Counted from the first letter of the stretch, positions 17,061 through 28,200 are shown. The stretch is DNA of 32,634 nt from an uncultured delta proteobacterium (GCA_963798485.1 CAWCTR010000019.1:1-32634); one strand, 5' to 3'. Numbers and translations: made by a program. Notes: generated from the sequence alone by a model not told the origin.

Positions 17061-19002
17061 CGAGCTCTCTCCTGGCCTTCATATCCATAAGTTTCCGGTC
17101 CGCCTTCTTGTTGATGCCGAGCCTTTCGCGGCGTTCGTTGATGATCTGCAGAATGGCGGCAGCAGCGGCATGGGGGTCTTCATGGATGTGGAACGATGCC
17201 CCGAAGACCTGGGAAGCGTCTTTGTTGAGGAAGTCGCTCACCTTCTTTGACCCTGAGATATAGAACGGGTTGCCCAGGATGACATCGATGCCTGAGGCAA
17301 CGAAATAACAGCCGATGGCAATGGCCTTTTCACTCATCCATTCAGGGGCCACGCCCACGACCGGCACGTCTGACAGGTCGTCCCCAAGTCCGCCCTCGGC
17401 CACGATCTCGGTTGCCGCCTCCAGGAGGCGGGAATTGTCCACACAGCTTCCCATGTGCAGCACAGGCGGCATGCCCACGGCCTCGCAGACCTCCCGCAGG
17501 CCCTGGCCTGCAAATTCGATGGCCGCTTCAGGCGTCAGGTTGCCCTGTTTGGCGGAGGCAATGGCAGCGCACCCGGTTTTCAGGACCAGGATGTTTTCCT
17601 TGAGCAGCTCCCTGGTGAGGGTGTTTATGTATGAATCGAGCTTGGTTTTCGGGTTGTTGCACCCCACGATGCCCACCACACCTTTGATCCGGCCCTGGAT
17701 AATGGCATCGTTGAGCGGCCTGAAAGATGCGCGGAATGAGCCGCCCAGCATGTATTTGATGCTCTCCACGCTGAAGCCTGCGATGAGGGGTTTCATGTGC
17801 TTGGGTATGGCCACCTTTTTCGGGTCGCGGTTCTTATAGTTGTCAATAGCCCGTTTTAAGAGGTTTACGGCGGTCTCATAGGCATGATCGGTGTTGAACA
17901 AGGTGGAAGTGGCTCCGATGGTCTTGGCTATGCTGCTGGTGGAGACGATTTCCGTATGGTATGCCCGTGCCACATCCGGTAGCGACGGCATGCAGCACTG
18001 GACATCGATAAGCATCATCTCCACCGCGCCGGTGACAATGGCCAGTTCCTGCTGCAGGAAATTGCCGGCGAGCGGGATGCCGTGGCGCATGAGGATCTCA
18101 TTGGCTGTGCAGCATATACCGGCTAAAGTTATACCTTCGGCCCCTGCCTTTTTCGCATACGCCTTGATCTCAGGGTCCGTGGATGCGGCGGCGAGCATCT
18201 CGGAAAGGGCCGGCTCATGACCATGGACCAGGATATTCACCGTGTTCTCGCCCAAAATGCCCAGGTTTGCATTGCTCCGTATGGGCGTAGGGGTGCCGAA
18301 CAGCACGTCGGAAACCATGGAGGCTATGCGCGAGCCTCCCCAGCCATCAGCCAGTGCCAGGCGGAAGGCATGCATGAGGATATTCCGGTAATCATGGTCC
18401 ACTCCCATGTGCGTGCGGTGCATGGCCTCCACGATCATACGGTCTATGCCCTCGGGCTCCACATCTTTTTTCTGCCATACCCCCTGGCGGTTCAAGGGGG
18501 CGAGTTTCAAGGTCTTGAGCTTGTCTTCCTGGGAGGTGTATTCGGAAATAAGAAGTTCGGAGAGCTTTATGGCCAGCTCCGGGACAGGGAGATCCTGATC
18601 ATCGATGCCATAAGACGCTGCGATCTTCCGTAAGGCGTTTTCATCCTTGATAGAGTATCCTCCGCCCTTGCCAAGGCCGATCTTCTTCAGGAGCAGCACA
18701 AGGTGCCGGCCATGGTCGGAATGGGCTGCCGATCCGCCTGCGACCTCGCGCAGGAAATTGCGGGCCACAATGGTGTCGGCATCGGCCCCGCATACGCCCA
18801 GAGGAGATTTTGCGGTGATCCTGCAGGGGCCCATGTGGCATATGCGGCAGCACAGCCCCTTGGTGCCGTAGGTGCACTGGTTTTTCTGCTGGTCCATGCG
18901 GAAGAAGCTCAGATCGACGCAGTCACGCTTGGCCTTTTGTATTGTTTCTATGGATGCCAGGTCGCATGCCCTGTCTTCTGCGGGTTTCGTGCTGTTATCC
19001 AT
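17053..19002 (-). CDS. cooS: Anaerobic Ni-carbon monoxide dehydrogenase catalytic subunit
   Basis: CTYGTKGLCCRICHMGPC...CG (D/B clusters); AAHSDH; C-cluster ligands HGHEP, GICCTANE, DVQC, GCNN, TGCA and GSCVDN; SEKA. Confidence 0.97.
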   Translation of the reverse strand: MDNSTKPAEDRACDLASIETIQKAKRDCVDLSFFRMDQQKNQCTYGTKGLCCRICHMGPCRITAKSPLGVCGADADTIVARNFLREVAGGSAAHSDHGRHLVLLLKKIGLGKGGGYSIKDENALRKIAASYGIDDQDLPVPELAIKLSELLISEYTSQEDKLKTLKLAPLNRQGVWQKKDVEPEGIDRMIVEAMHRTHMGVDHDYRNILMHAFRLALADGWGGSRIASMVSDVLFGTPTPIRSNANLGILGENTVNILVHGHEPALSEMLAAASTDPEIKAYAKKAGAEGITLAGICCTANEILMRHGIPLAGNFLQQELAIVTGAVEMMLIDVQCCMPSLPDVARAYHTEIVSTSSIAKTIGATSTLFNTDHAYETAVNLLKRAIDNYKNRDPKKVAIPKHMKPLIAGFSVESIKYMLGGSFRASFRPLNDAIIQGRIKGVVGIVGCNNPKTKLDSYINTLTRELLKENILVLKTGCAAIASAKQGNLTPEAAIEFAGQGLREVCEAVGMPPVLHMGSCVDNSRLLEAATEIVAEGGLGDDLSDVPVVGVAPEWMSEKAIAIGCYFVASGIDVILGNPFYISGSKKVSDFLNKDASQVFGASFHIHEDPHAAAAAILQIINERRERLGINKKADRKLMDMKARRELGV

Positions 19003-19005
19003 GAT

Positions 19006-19774
19006 TCATTTCTCCTGCAAATCCAGTTGCGTGATAAACCTTACGATCTCAGCCAGTACCGGATTGGTCAAACTCAAGGTCCTGCATGCTCCGGCCCTTC
19101 TCGGCCGCAATAGCCAGCTCACTATCAAAGGGCAGCATGAGCTGATAATCAGGGTGCAATTCCTGCAGCACTGTCATATCCGGAAGAGTCCCTTTTCTGA
19201 CAAGGTTTATCACAACCGCGAGGCGCTCGTATACAATTCCCATCTCCCTGGCAAGATCATAAAGGCGTCGAACAGTTTGAATCCCCCGCTTTGAAGGGTC
19301 GCCTACGATGATCAGGAGGTTGATGTTCTGATAGAGTCTCCGCGACAGGTTTTCAAGCCCGGCCTCATTATCGATGACGATAAAGGGGTAATGGCCTGAG
19401 AGCTCCTTGATGCAATCGCTGAAGAGGTTGTTGGCGTAACAATAGCAGCCCGGACCCTCGGGACGTCCCATGGCGATGAGGTCGAAGTTATGGGCCTCCA
19501 CAAGGCTCTCGGCAATCCGCAGCTCCACAAGTTCCCGCTTGGACACGCCTGCCGGCTGATTGTCGCCTGCCTTAAGGCTCTCTTCCCGGATCTGGCCCAC
19601 GGTCTTTTTGACCTCGACGCCAAGCGCCTCATCAAGACAGGCGTTGGGGTCGGCATCCACGGCAAGGACCGGTTTATACCCTTTATTGATAAGGCAGGTG
19701 ATGATTCCAGCGGCAATGGTGGTCTTGCCGGTTCCGCCCTTACCGGTAATCGCTATGGTATACCTTTTCGTCAA
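19006..19774 (-). CDS. cooC: CooC/AcsF nickel-insertion ATPase, with an apparent +1 frameshift near the 3' end
   Basis: GKGGTGKT, VDADPN, GPGCYC and DNEAGLENLSR motifs. The frame as sequenced stops at 19049; a shifted frame continues NPVLAEIVRFITQLDLQEK to TGA 19008-19006, next to cooS. Start TTG 19774 is inferred. Confidence 0.85.
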
Positions 19775-19790
19775 GACTGCTACATACCTG

Positions 19791-20882
19791 TTAGAGCTGG
19801 AATTGGTCACGGGCATGCAGGGAGAGATCTTTCAGCATGGAAAAAACCATCTCCGCATCACCCACAGAAAGGGAACCGGTGCCGCAGGACGGCGTAATGA
19901 GTGATTGATCCAGTATCTGACGTTTATCGATGCCCGCCTTTGCGGAGAGATTATCAATGACCTTTGGTGAAACGTTCCATGAGAGAATTTACGGTCTGCT
20001 CACGGATAACAGGGGAGGTGGGGACGATCCCCCAGGCGATGAGCCCGCCATCTGCCATGAATGTGCGCAGCGCATCGGGATACAGGGCTATTGAATCGCC
20101 GTAACTGAATGCGTCGAGGTTGATGAGATCGACCCCTGCATCGATGAGCATGGTCCAGTCGGTGTTTCCGCAGCAATGCACGCCGGCAATGGCGTTCTCG
20201 GCATGGATGGCCTCTACCACTTCGCTATGAGGGCAACCACTTCCTCACGTTTTACCGAAATATACGTTGACGAACCGAATGCGGAAAGGATGGGTTCGTC
20301 GATGAAGCAGATAACCTTATCCGCATAGGGCCTGAATTTCTGGATCTGCCAGCAGCATTTCATGGCAAGGGCCTTGACGATGACGTCGCGGAACTCGTCA
20401 TTGTAATAGATGGCACGTTTGTTTTCATCCACCACGGTCAGCGCAAAAGAGCAGGGGCCCGTAGTCTGGACCTTGATGAACGGGTATTTCCGGCCCTTTG
20501 CCTTGAGCCGTTCTTCAAAGCCATAGAGACCCTCTGAAAAATCGCTGCTGATGGCCATGGACGAGCAGTCCCGGTTGATGCTGTCCGGGTCCAGGGCAGC
20601 CATGTAGGATTCGTAGAAGGTGGCGAATTCCTCGGAATAATCACCCGAGGTATCAAGATACAAGCGGCCTTTATCACTGTCGATGATGGCACGGGGCATG
20701 CCTTCAGAAAATTGTATCTCCATCTGCTCGTTGAGCGCCAGCTTAGGAAGCTGTGGCCACACAGGGGCATCGCTCAAGGCATCGAAGACGATATCCAGGG
20801 CCTTCCCCGGGTCGCTATGGGGAAAGCTGCCAATGGCCGTTGCTATGCATTTTGTCTTGATCGTCATACCACTATGTGTCAT
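19791..20882 (-). pseudogene. Core (MetE C-terminal-domain-like, MesB-like) methionine synthase interrupted by two compensating frameshifts
   Basis: AIGSFPH, WPQLP, TGPCS and FIDEP come before a -1 shift at ~20224. GVHCCGNTDW and AWGIVPT come before a +1 shift at ~19963. LITPSCGTG...FQL then runs to TAA 19793-19791. The total span is 1092 nt, divisible by 3. Confidence 0.8.
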
Positions 20883-20912
20883 TTACTTTGATCTTCTTGA
20901 GATTACTAGTTT

Positions 20913-21698
20913 TTACAATAAATTCTGGACAATATCCGTGAAGAGACCTAGCAGATTATCATCAAGATTGTCAATTGCCGACTTCCCGTCCCGGTCGTTG
21001 TTCAGGATCGTTTCCGAATAGGGGATAACACCAATAATTTTTGCAGCACCTAGTTCACGCCTTATAAGATCTTCATCAGCCTGGGACTTGATCCTATTGG
21101 CTATGATTGAAATATTTTGTAAACCGATCTGAGATGCCATAATCGAGATGCGCTTGAACGATTCGATGGAGCGCGTGCCCGGCTCGACGACCACGATAAA
21201 TGAGGTGACGCCTTTTGCCGTTGCACGGCCGAGATGCTCGATGCCGGGCTCCATATCCATATACAGAACCTCGCCCCGATGCAGGACCAGGTCCTGCACT
21301 AATGCGCTCAGGAGCACATTCTCAGGGCAGGCGCACCCGGAGCCGCCCGATTGGATGGCGCCCAGGACGACAAGATCGATGCCTTTGTGATGATAGGCAT
21401 AGGTATCGGCAATGTCCGAGACCTCGGGATTGAGCTTGAAGATCTGGCCGTATTGCTGGACCTTGGCCCCGGTCCGCTCTTCAATGAGCCTTTTGTGCCT
21501 GGCAATGGTCATGATGTCCTTTTGCAGTTCCAGTGGAATCCCCAGGGCCGAGGCCAGATTGGCATCAGGGTCGGCATCTATGGCCAGGACCTTATGACCC
21601 ATCCGTGCGGTTAAAAGGGCCAGGGCCGCAGTAATAGTTGATTTCCCGACCCCGCCTTTGCCGGTTACGGCTATCTTCTGTGCGTTTTTGATTTCCAT
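20913..21698 (-). CDS. cooC: CooC nickel-insertion ATPase (second paralogue)
   Basis: KIAVTGKGGVGKS, IDADPDANL, FKLNPEVSDI, GSGCACPEN and DMEPGIEHLGR motifs; start placed at ATG 21698. Confidence 0.92.
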   Translation of the reverse strand: MEIKNAQKIAVTGKGGVGKSTITAALALLTARMGHKVLAIDADPDANLASALGIPLELQKDIMTIARHKRLIEERTGAKVQQYGQIFKLNPEVSDIADTYAYHHKGIDLVVLGAIQSGGSGCACPENVLLSALVQDLVLHRGEVLYMDMEPGIEHLGRATAKGVTSFIVVVEPGTRSIESFKRISIMASQIGLQNISIIANRIKSQADEDLIRRELGAAKIIGVIPYSETILNNDRDGKSAIDNLDDNLLGLFTDIVQNLL

Positions 21699-21855
21699 TC
21701 TTATATGAATCCCTTCTATTCCGAAGACACCGGCATAGACAGCACCTTCCATGAGACCGGCCTGCACGTGCGATGGTCCCGGAAATCTGAAAAAGAGACA
21801 ATACCCCCTGGGGTTGTGATTTGCAACGGTCAGCTCATATAGATTTAACCTCCTG

Positions 21856-23394
21856 TCACCTTGTTATACCCAGCTTTCTCATCCTGCTCCTGAGGGTATT
21901 GGGATTAACCTTCAGAAACTCGGCAGCCCCTCCCGGCCCATAGATCTTCCCCTTTGTCTGACGCAGCACTTTCCGGATATGCTGTGACATGGCCTCGTCG
22001 AGCGGGGCCGGAACCTGCCCGGATTCCAGCAGGTCGGCCTTTTTCTCTCTCAGCTCGGGCAGGCTCAGATTTTCAAAGACCAGTGAACCGGTATCATCAA
22101 TTCCCCTTCTCCGGATGAGCTCGCGCTCGATGAGATTCTCCAGCTCCCGTACATTGCCCGGCCACGGATGGGCCTTGAGGCGCTCTACGCCCTGGGCGGA
22201 AACAGGGGGTGGCGTGTGGATCTTGAGCTCTTTTGCCTTCTTCTCGACAAAATGGTGGACAAAGGCAGGGATATCCTCTGTGCGCTGTCTCAAAGGCGGG
22301 ATCATGATGGGGAAGATATTGAGCCGGTACCACAGGTCCTCCCGGAAATCACCTGAGCGGACCATGGCCTCGAGGTTCTTGTTGGTGGCGGAAATGATGC
22401 GGACATCAACGGGTATCATCTGTGTGCCACCCACGCGTTCGATCTCTTTGTGCTGAAGGACCCGTAAAAGCCTCACCTGGGCGCGGTGTGGGAGCTCGGC
22501 GATCTCATCTAAGAAGATGCTGCCTTTGTGGGCCCGCTCGAAGCGGCCCCTCTTCTGGGCAATGGCCCCGGTGAATGCACCTTTCTCGTGCCCGAAGAGC
22601 TCGGCGTCCAGGAGCCCTTCCGGGATGGCCCCGCAGTTTACCTTGATGAAGGGGGCATCACCCCTTGGTGACAAACGGTGGATGGTATTTGCAATCACCT
22701 CTTTTCCCACCCCGGTCTCGCCGAGGAGCATGACCGGGCTGTTCAGCGGGGCCACCTGCCTGACCATCTCCATCACCCCGGCCAGCCCGAATTCGGCGCC
22801 TACTATCTCATCACCGGCCGAGCTGATCAGTTCCCGGCTGAGCTCCCGGTTCTCGGCATCCAGCAGGTCCTTGAGCTTCAGGACCTCCTGGTATCGTAGC
22901 GCGTTAGACATGGCGATGGCGAAGGGCTCGCGCAGCAGGGAGAGGAGACGGGCATGGGTCTTGGTGAACACACCTTTTCCCTCTGCCAGGATGCCGACAG
23001 CACCCAGGAGTGTGCCTTCCACAACCAGCACCATGTACATTGCCGAAGGGTTGGGTGTATCATAATAGGGTATGATAGTCCTGGTAGTCGGATCCTGTTT
23101 GGGATCGTTCTCTATCCTGACTTCCTGCCATCCGCTAATTCGCTCATCAATGTACCGGATGATCTCCTTTGGGACGGGTATCGGTGGTATAACCCATGTC
23201 TTTCCTGAAGGGGTTGCACTTACGAGGTTCCGAATAATTCCGCTATCCGGTTCAAGCCAGCTCAGGGTGAGCTCGGACACAGGTATGTAATCTTTGATGT
23301 AGTGAACAAAGTCAGCCATGGCCTTCCCGATGTCCAGGCTGCCGCAAATCCTTAAGGCCGCCTGACGGAAGAACTCGTTTTCATCGATCCTCAT
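21856..23394 (-). CDS. GAF-domain sigma54-dependent transcriptional activator (FhlA/NifA-like)
   Basis: N-terminal GAF-like region; GETGVGKE, GAFTGA, FLDEI, WPGNVREL and NPNTLRSRMRKLGI motifs. Confidence 0.93.
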   Translation of the reverse strand: MRIDENEFFRQAALRICGSLDIGKAMADFVHYIKDYIPVSELTLSWLEPDSGIIRNLVSATPSGKTWVIPPIPVPKEIIRYIDERISGWQEVRIENDPKQDPTTRTIIPYYDTPNPSAMYMVLVVEGTLLGAVGILAEGKGVFTKTHARLLSLLREPFAIAMSNALRYQEVLKLKDLLDAENRELSRELISSAGDEIVGAEFGLAGVMEMVRQVAPLNSPVMLLGETGVGKEVIANTIHRLSPRGDAPFIKVNCGAIPEGLLDAELFGHEKGAFTGAIAQKRGRFERAHKGSIFLDEIAELPHRAQVRLLRVLQHKEIERVGGTQMIPVDVRIISATNKNLEAMVRSGDFREDLWYRLNIFPIMIPPLRQRTEDIPAFVHHFVEKKAKELKIHTPPPVSAQGVERLKAHPWPGNVRELENLIERELIRRRGIDDTGSLVFENLSLPELREKKADLLESGQVPAPLDEAMSQHIRKVLRQTKGKIYGPGGAAEFLKVNPNTLRSRMRKLGITR

Positions 23395-23423
23395 AGGATC
23401 ACCCCCGAGGTTCCCATATAAAG

Positions 23424-23469
23424 GCGAAATATCTTCATCATGATATAGAACGATATCGTGATATTTCGC
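23424..23469. promoter_or_regulatory. Inverted repeat, putative activator-binding site
   Basis: GCGAAATATC-26 bp-GATATTTCGC is a perfect 10-bp inverted repeat with internal GATAT repeats, about 80-120 bp upstream of a sigma54 motif. Confidence 0.6.
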
Positions 23470-23514
23470 AATCAGAATCGTTACATATCGCTGGAATGCA
23501 CTGACCTATAATCA

Positions 23515-23527
23515 TAATATATTGATA
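23515..23527 (-). promoter_or_regulatory. IHF site
   Basis: The minus strand reads TATCAA-TATA-TTA, matching WATCAA-N4-TTR, between the UAS and the sigma54 promoter. Confidence 0.6.
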
Positions 23528-23546
23528 TCACGTTTGAATGAAAGGT

Positions 23547-23562
23547 TGGCACCAATCTGGCT
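23547..23562 (+). promoter_or_regulatory. Sigma54 promoter for the hypothetical gene + RND operon
   Basis: TGGCAC-CAATC-TGGCT keeps GG-N10-GC with one mismatch in the -12 element. Confidence 0.65.
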
Positions 23563-23634
23563 TAAAGGTTGATGAAACTACAGCACAGGTGCGTGAGATC
23601 TGTGCCACAAGGATTTAAAAAACCGGGTTGTGTG

Positions 23635-23985
23635 ATGAAGAGGCAGGAAGAGAAGACCATTGTCAATGAGCCCGTATCCACCAGGGCCATGAACTGCCTT
23701 GAAGTTATAACCGTCAGGGTCTCGGAAAAAGAAGAATTGGAAAATGCCCTGGAGTTCTGCACACAGGTTTTTCATACGGTTGAGACAGGGAAAATGATGA
23801 ACCTGAGCGTATACCGCAGTACCGGTTATGATTCTGACCTCAGCGTCCATATCCACTGTCCGTTTGAGCCTTGCAGGCAGGAAAAGAGTCTTCTGGGCCT
23901 GCAGCTTGCCAAGGGCCTGAGCGCATTCGGGATCGTCAGTCATACCCTATGGATGGATCAACGGATCGTTAAGGGCAATAATTAG
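23635..23985 (+). CDS. Hypothetical protein (start uncertain: 23569, 23635 or 23688)
   Basis: Protein-like ORF (LEVITVR...DLSVHIH...KSLLGLQLAKGLSAFGIVSHTLW), first downstream of a sigma54 promoter. Confidence 0.6.
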   Translation: MKRQEEKTIVNEPVSTRAMNCLEVITVRVSEKEELENALEFCTQVFHTVETGKMMNLSVYRSTGYDSDLSVHIHCPFEPCRQEKSLLGLQLAKGLSAFGIVSHTLWMDQRIVKGNN

Positions 23986-24071
23986 GTGAACGCCTTGGAT
24001 GAATATGATCAAGGGCGGATTAGGAATGCATGTTCATTTTTGAAAGCACATGAAATAAGGAGACGGCGATC

Positions 24072-25202
24072 ATGTACAGGGTAAAGGGGGCGAGTTCCGG
24101 CAGGTTCCATAAAAAACAATTTTTTACCGATGTTCTTAGTCTTTTCATTACGGTCTTTCTGGTGACCGGGTGCAACAGCGGTAACTCGAATGCCGAAACA
24201 CCAGAGCACCCCGGTAAAGTTCCTCTCAAGGTGCAGACCTGTGTCGCGCAGATAGAAAGGGCTGCCCAGCCTGTTATGCTCTCCGGTTTCACCGAGCCTG
24301 TCCATAGGTCAACGCCTGCGGCGCGCATCATGGCAAAGGTCATAGATGCAGGATTCCAGGAGGGTGACCGGGTGGAGGCGGACCGGGTGCTCATCCGCCT
24401 GGACACCCGGGACCTGCTGGCCCGCAAGAGACAGGCCCAGGCAGCTCTCGAGACGGCATCCACGGCACTCGATGTTGCACGGCTGAACCTTGAGCGGATG
24501 AGCACCCTTCAGAAGTCCGGAACCGTGTCACGTCATCAACTGGAGGCGGCCCAGGTAGGCCACGCCCAGGCAAACGCTGCAGCAGAAGGTGCAAGGTCTG
24601 CACTGGACGAGCTGGAGGTGAACCTCTCGTATGCGGTTGCGCGCGCCCCGTTCAAGGGTGTCATTGTACGGAAGATGGTTGAAGAGGGGAACATGGTCGC
24701 ACCGGGCCAGCCGCTCTTCATCATTGAAGATGACTCAAGGCTCAGGGTAATCGCCCCGGTTGGGACCGATCTTGCTGCCGGCCTTAAACCATGTCAGAAC
24801 CTGCCTGTGCGGATGGGTGGTGAGACTGTCCGGGGTAAGATCGAGGGGATCGTCCCCTCAGGAAGTACCGAGGCGCCGGGGCTGCGCGTCCAGCTCATTA
24901 TCGACAATGCCGGGCACCGGTTTAGGGCCGGTACGCTCGGCGTGGTGGAGGTGCCGCTTGGCGCCTCCGAGGTTACCAGAATCCTCATCCCTAAAGAAGC
25001 ACTCGTCGAGAAAGGACGTCTCACCGGTGTGTATGTGGTAGCGAAGGACTCCATTGCACGGCTTCACTGGCTGATTTTGGACGAGAATCCGGGCGATATG
25101 GTGAGTGTCCTTTCAGGGCTCCGTGAGGGGGACCGGGTGATCCTCTCGCCGGAAAAGGCCGGTGTCGCGGATGGCAAGCCTGTCGAGGAGATTGCCAGAT
25201 GA
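24072..25202 (+). CDS. RND efflux membrane fusion protein (lipoprotein)
   Basis: LVTGC lipobox; EGDRV...L.RLD, coiled hairpin, RAPFKGVI...EGNMV.PGQPL and VLSGL.EGDRV motifs; AAGGAG RBS. Confidence 0.92.
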   Translation: MYRVKGASSGRFHKKQFFTDVLSLFITVFLVTGCNSGNSNAETPEHPGKVPLKVQTCVAQIERAAQPVMLSGFTEPVHRSTPAARIMAKVIDAGFQEGDRVEADRVLIRLDTRDLLARKRQAQAALETASTALDVARLNLERMSTLQKSGTVSRHQLEAAQVGHAQANAAAEGARSALDELEVNLSYAVARAPFKGVIVRKMVEEGNMVAPGQPLFIIEDDSRLRVIAPVGTDLAAGLKPCQNLPVRMGGETVRGKIEGIVPSGSTEAPGLRVQLIIDNAGHRFRAGTLGVVEVPLGASEVTRILIPKEALVEKGRLTGVYVVAKDSIARLHWLILDENPGDMVSVLSGLREGDRVILSPEKAGVADGKPVEEIAR

Positions 25203-28200
25203 GGGGCGTGGACCACATCATGGGCCTCACGGGCAGATTCACCGAATACTTTATCCAATCCAAGCTGACCCCCCTGATTATGATCATGACCGTGGTTATG
25301 GGTGTCCTGGCCATCTGGTCTACCCCCAAGGAGGACGAGCCCTCAATCACCCTTACCGTGGCCGATGTTCTTCTGACATACCCTGGCAGGGGTGCACAGG
25401 ATATCGATGAGCGCCTTGCCCGGCCGGTGGGTTCCTGGATACGGGAGATCCCGACCGTAAAGCACGTGGTAAGCTCTGCCGGGGAACACTCCGTTCTCTT
25501 TACGGTGGAGTTCCGTGAGGGGGTGCCCAGGGAGAAGGCGCTCACCCAGCTGTATGACAGGCTCTATGCCAACATGGACCAGCTCCCCCCGGGTGTCAGT
25601 GCCCCATTGGTCAAGCCCAGGGGCATAGCTGAAGTACCCTCGATGGCGGTAAGCCTGTGGTCAGACACCGAGGGACCGCAGATACTGAGGAAGATCGCCT
25701 CGGAGATGGCAGCAGAGCTGCGGCGCATACCCAATGTGTCACGGGTCGATATCATCGGAGGCCAGTCGCGATCATTCCTCGTGGAACTCGATGCGAGGCG
25801 CATGGCAGAGCGCGGTATCGCAGCAGACCGGGTGGTCCAGGCCGTCCAGGCTGCAAATTTACGCCTGCCGGCCGGATCGATCTCCGGCCATGAAGGGGTG
25901 CTGAACATCGAGGCAGGGGCCTTTTTGCAATCGGCGGCGGATACCGGGCTGCTTATCGTGGGTGCGAACGCAGCCGGGCCGATTTATTTGCGGGATGTGG
26001 CCAATGTCCGGGACGGCGTTGCAGACGCGAGCGACTATGTATCACGCATGGGCCGTGACACGGGGTGGTCGGCATATCCGGCCGTGACGTTGGCCGTGAC
26101 GAAGGTGGACAGCTCGAATGTCACCGTGGTCACCCGCGAGGCGAGGAGGGCGCTGGACAAGCTCGCAAAAGACCTGCTCCCCGCTACTATCCGCATGTCC
26201 GTTACCCGTGATCTGGGGGAAAAGGCCGAGCATACGCTGTCCGAGGTGAACAAGCACATGCTCATAACCATAGTGATATCCATCTTACTGATCGGTTTCA
26301 CCCTGGGGTGGCGTGCAGGGATCATCACGGCCGTTGCCTTGCCCGTGACCATCATCTTTGTTCCTATAATATATAACCTCACGGGCTTCACGCTCAATCG
26401 CATAGCGTTAGCATCAATTGTCTTTGCCATAGGGCTCCTTGTCGACGATTCCATAGTGGTCATCGAGATCATCTACCGACACTGGCACAGCGATAATGCT
26501 AAGACAGCCCCCCTTGTGGTTGCATATGCCGTACAGGAGGTGGGCCCGCCCACGATCCTGGCGACCCTGATGGTGATCTGTGCACTCCTGCCCACCGCGT
26601 TCGTCACCGGGATGGCGGGGCAGTACCTGCGGGTGCTCCCTGTGGGGGCCTGCCTCGGCATGCTCTTCTCGCTCTTTGTCGCCTTTACCGTCACCCCTTA
26701 CCTCTGCCTTAGAATCTTTCCTGCCGGCTCCACCAAAGGAGACCGGGCCGGTCATGATCCAGGGAGCGGGCAAAAATACAACCTGATATCATACTACCGC
26801 CGCTTGCTTGCCTGGTTCATGGAAAAACCGAAACGCATGTATGCGGCATACGTGCTGGTGGTTATCCTCTTTGTTGCGATGGTTGCCATGATTCAGGCCC
26901 GTATCGCCATCGTAAGGGCCATGCCGTATGACAACGCCGATGAGGTCTCCGTTATGATCGACCTGCCTCCTGCCACCCAGCTGGAGGATGCATATCCTGT
27001 TATCATGGATGCTGCACAAAAACTTAAAACCATACCGGAGGTGACTGCGTGCAATGTCTATGTGGGCACCTCTGCACCGGTCACTTTCCAGGGCCTGGCG
27101 CGCCACTATGATTTCAGGAAAGAGCCCTTTCATGCAGAGATACAGGTGCAGCTGCTGCCGAATACAAAAAGGTCCAGGAGAAGCCATGAAATAGTGCCTG
27201 ATATCCGTCCGCTCATACAGCCGGTGCTGTCCGGCAAGGACACGGTCTTTGTTGTTGCGGAGCTGCCGCCGGGTGTTCCCACCCTTGCCCCTCTCGTGGC
27301 CGAGGTGTACGGACCCGATGACGAAACACGCCTTACGCTTGCCCACAGGGTCATGTCCATTTTCAGGACCATGCCCGGTGTGGTGGACGTAGACTGGACC
27401 GCCCGGCACGGCACGGAAAGACTGCGCTATGAGGTGGATCTGCAAAAGGCATCCGTGCAGGGCGTGGTGGCGGCCCAGGCCGCGAGTACGGTCCGGACCC
27501 TGTTCGCCGGGGACTCAAGTTCATGGGCGAACCTGCCCCATGAACGGGAGCCCGTGCCCATCATTGTCCGGCTCGCCAGGGCAGGGCGATCAAGTATTGC
27601 CGACATACGATCACTCTCTTTCACCCCCGTGACAGGTGGGCCTCCGGTTCCGGCAACAGAGATCGGCAGTATGAAGCGGGTGGCGGGCCCTTACCCCATT
27701 TTGCGCAAGGACCTGGAACCCGTGGTCATGGTGACAGGCGTGGTAACCGGAGACGGGCCGAACTACTCGGCAACAGACATCACGAAGCTCCTGAAAAAGG
27801 AGACCGTGGGCGGGAAGCCCATCCAGGTGATCTGGAGTGATGAAAAATCACAGACAGGAAGCTACGCAGTATCTTGGGCGGGAGAGTGGTCGATCCAGAG
27901 GGACCTGTTTTCCGACCTCGGCGTCTCCTTCCTGGTCGTGCTCTTCCTCATCTACTGCATCCTGGTGGCCTGGTACCGTTCCTTCCTGATCCCGGTGATC
28001 ATCATGCTCCCCATTCCCTTGGTCATCATCGGCGTCATACCGGCACACATAGCCCTTAACAAGCCTTTGGACGGCCCAGGGACCATGGGAATCATCGCGC
28101 TCGCCGGCATAGTGATCCGCAACTCCATCCTGCTCGTGGATTTCGCCAGGAGCCGTATCGCCTCCGGCATGCCCATCAAGGAGGCCGTTCTTAAGGCGTG

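Noticed and set aside
21716-21838. 40-codon selenopeptide via readthrough of ATG-AGC-TGA
   Set aside because: There is no convincing SECIS at the right distance and no Cys/Sec-type motif context.
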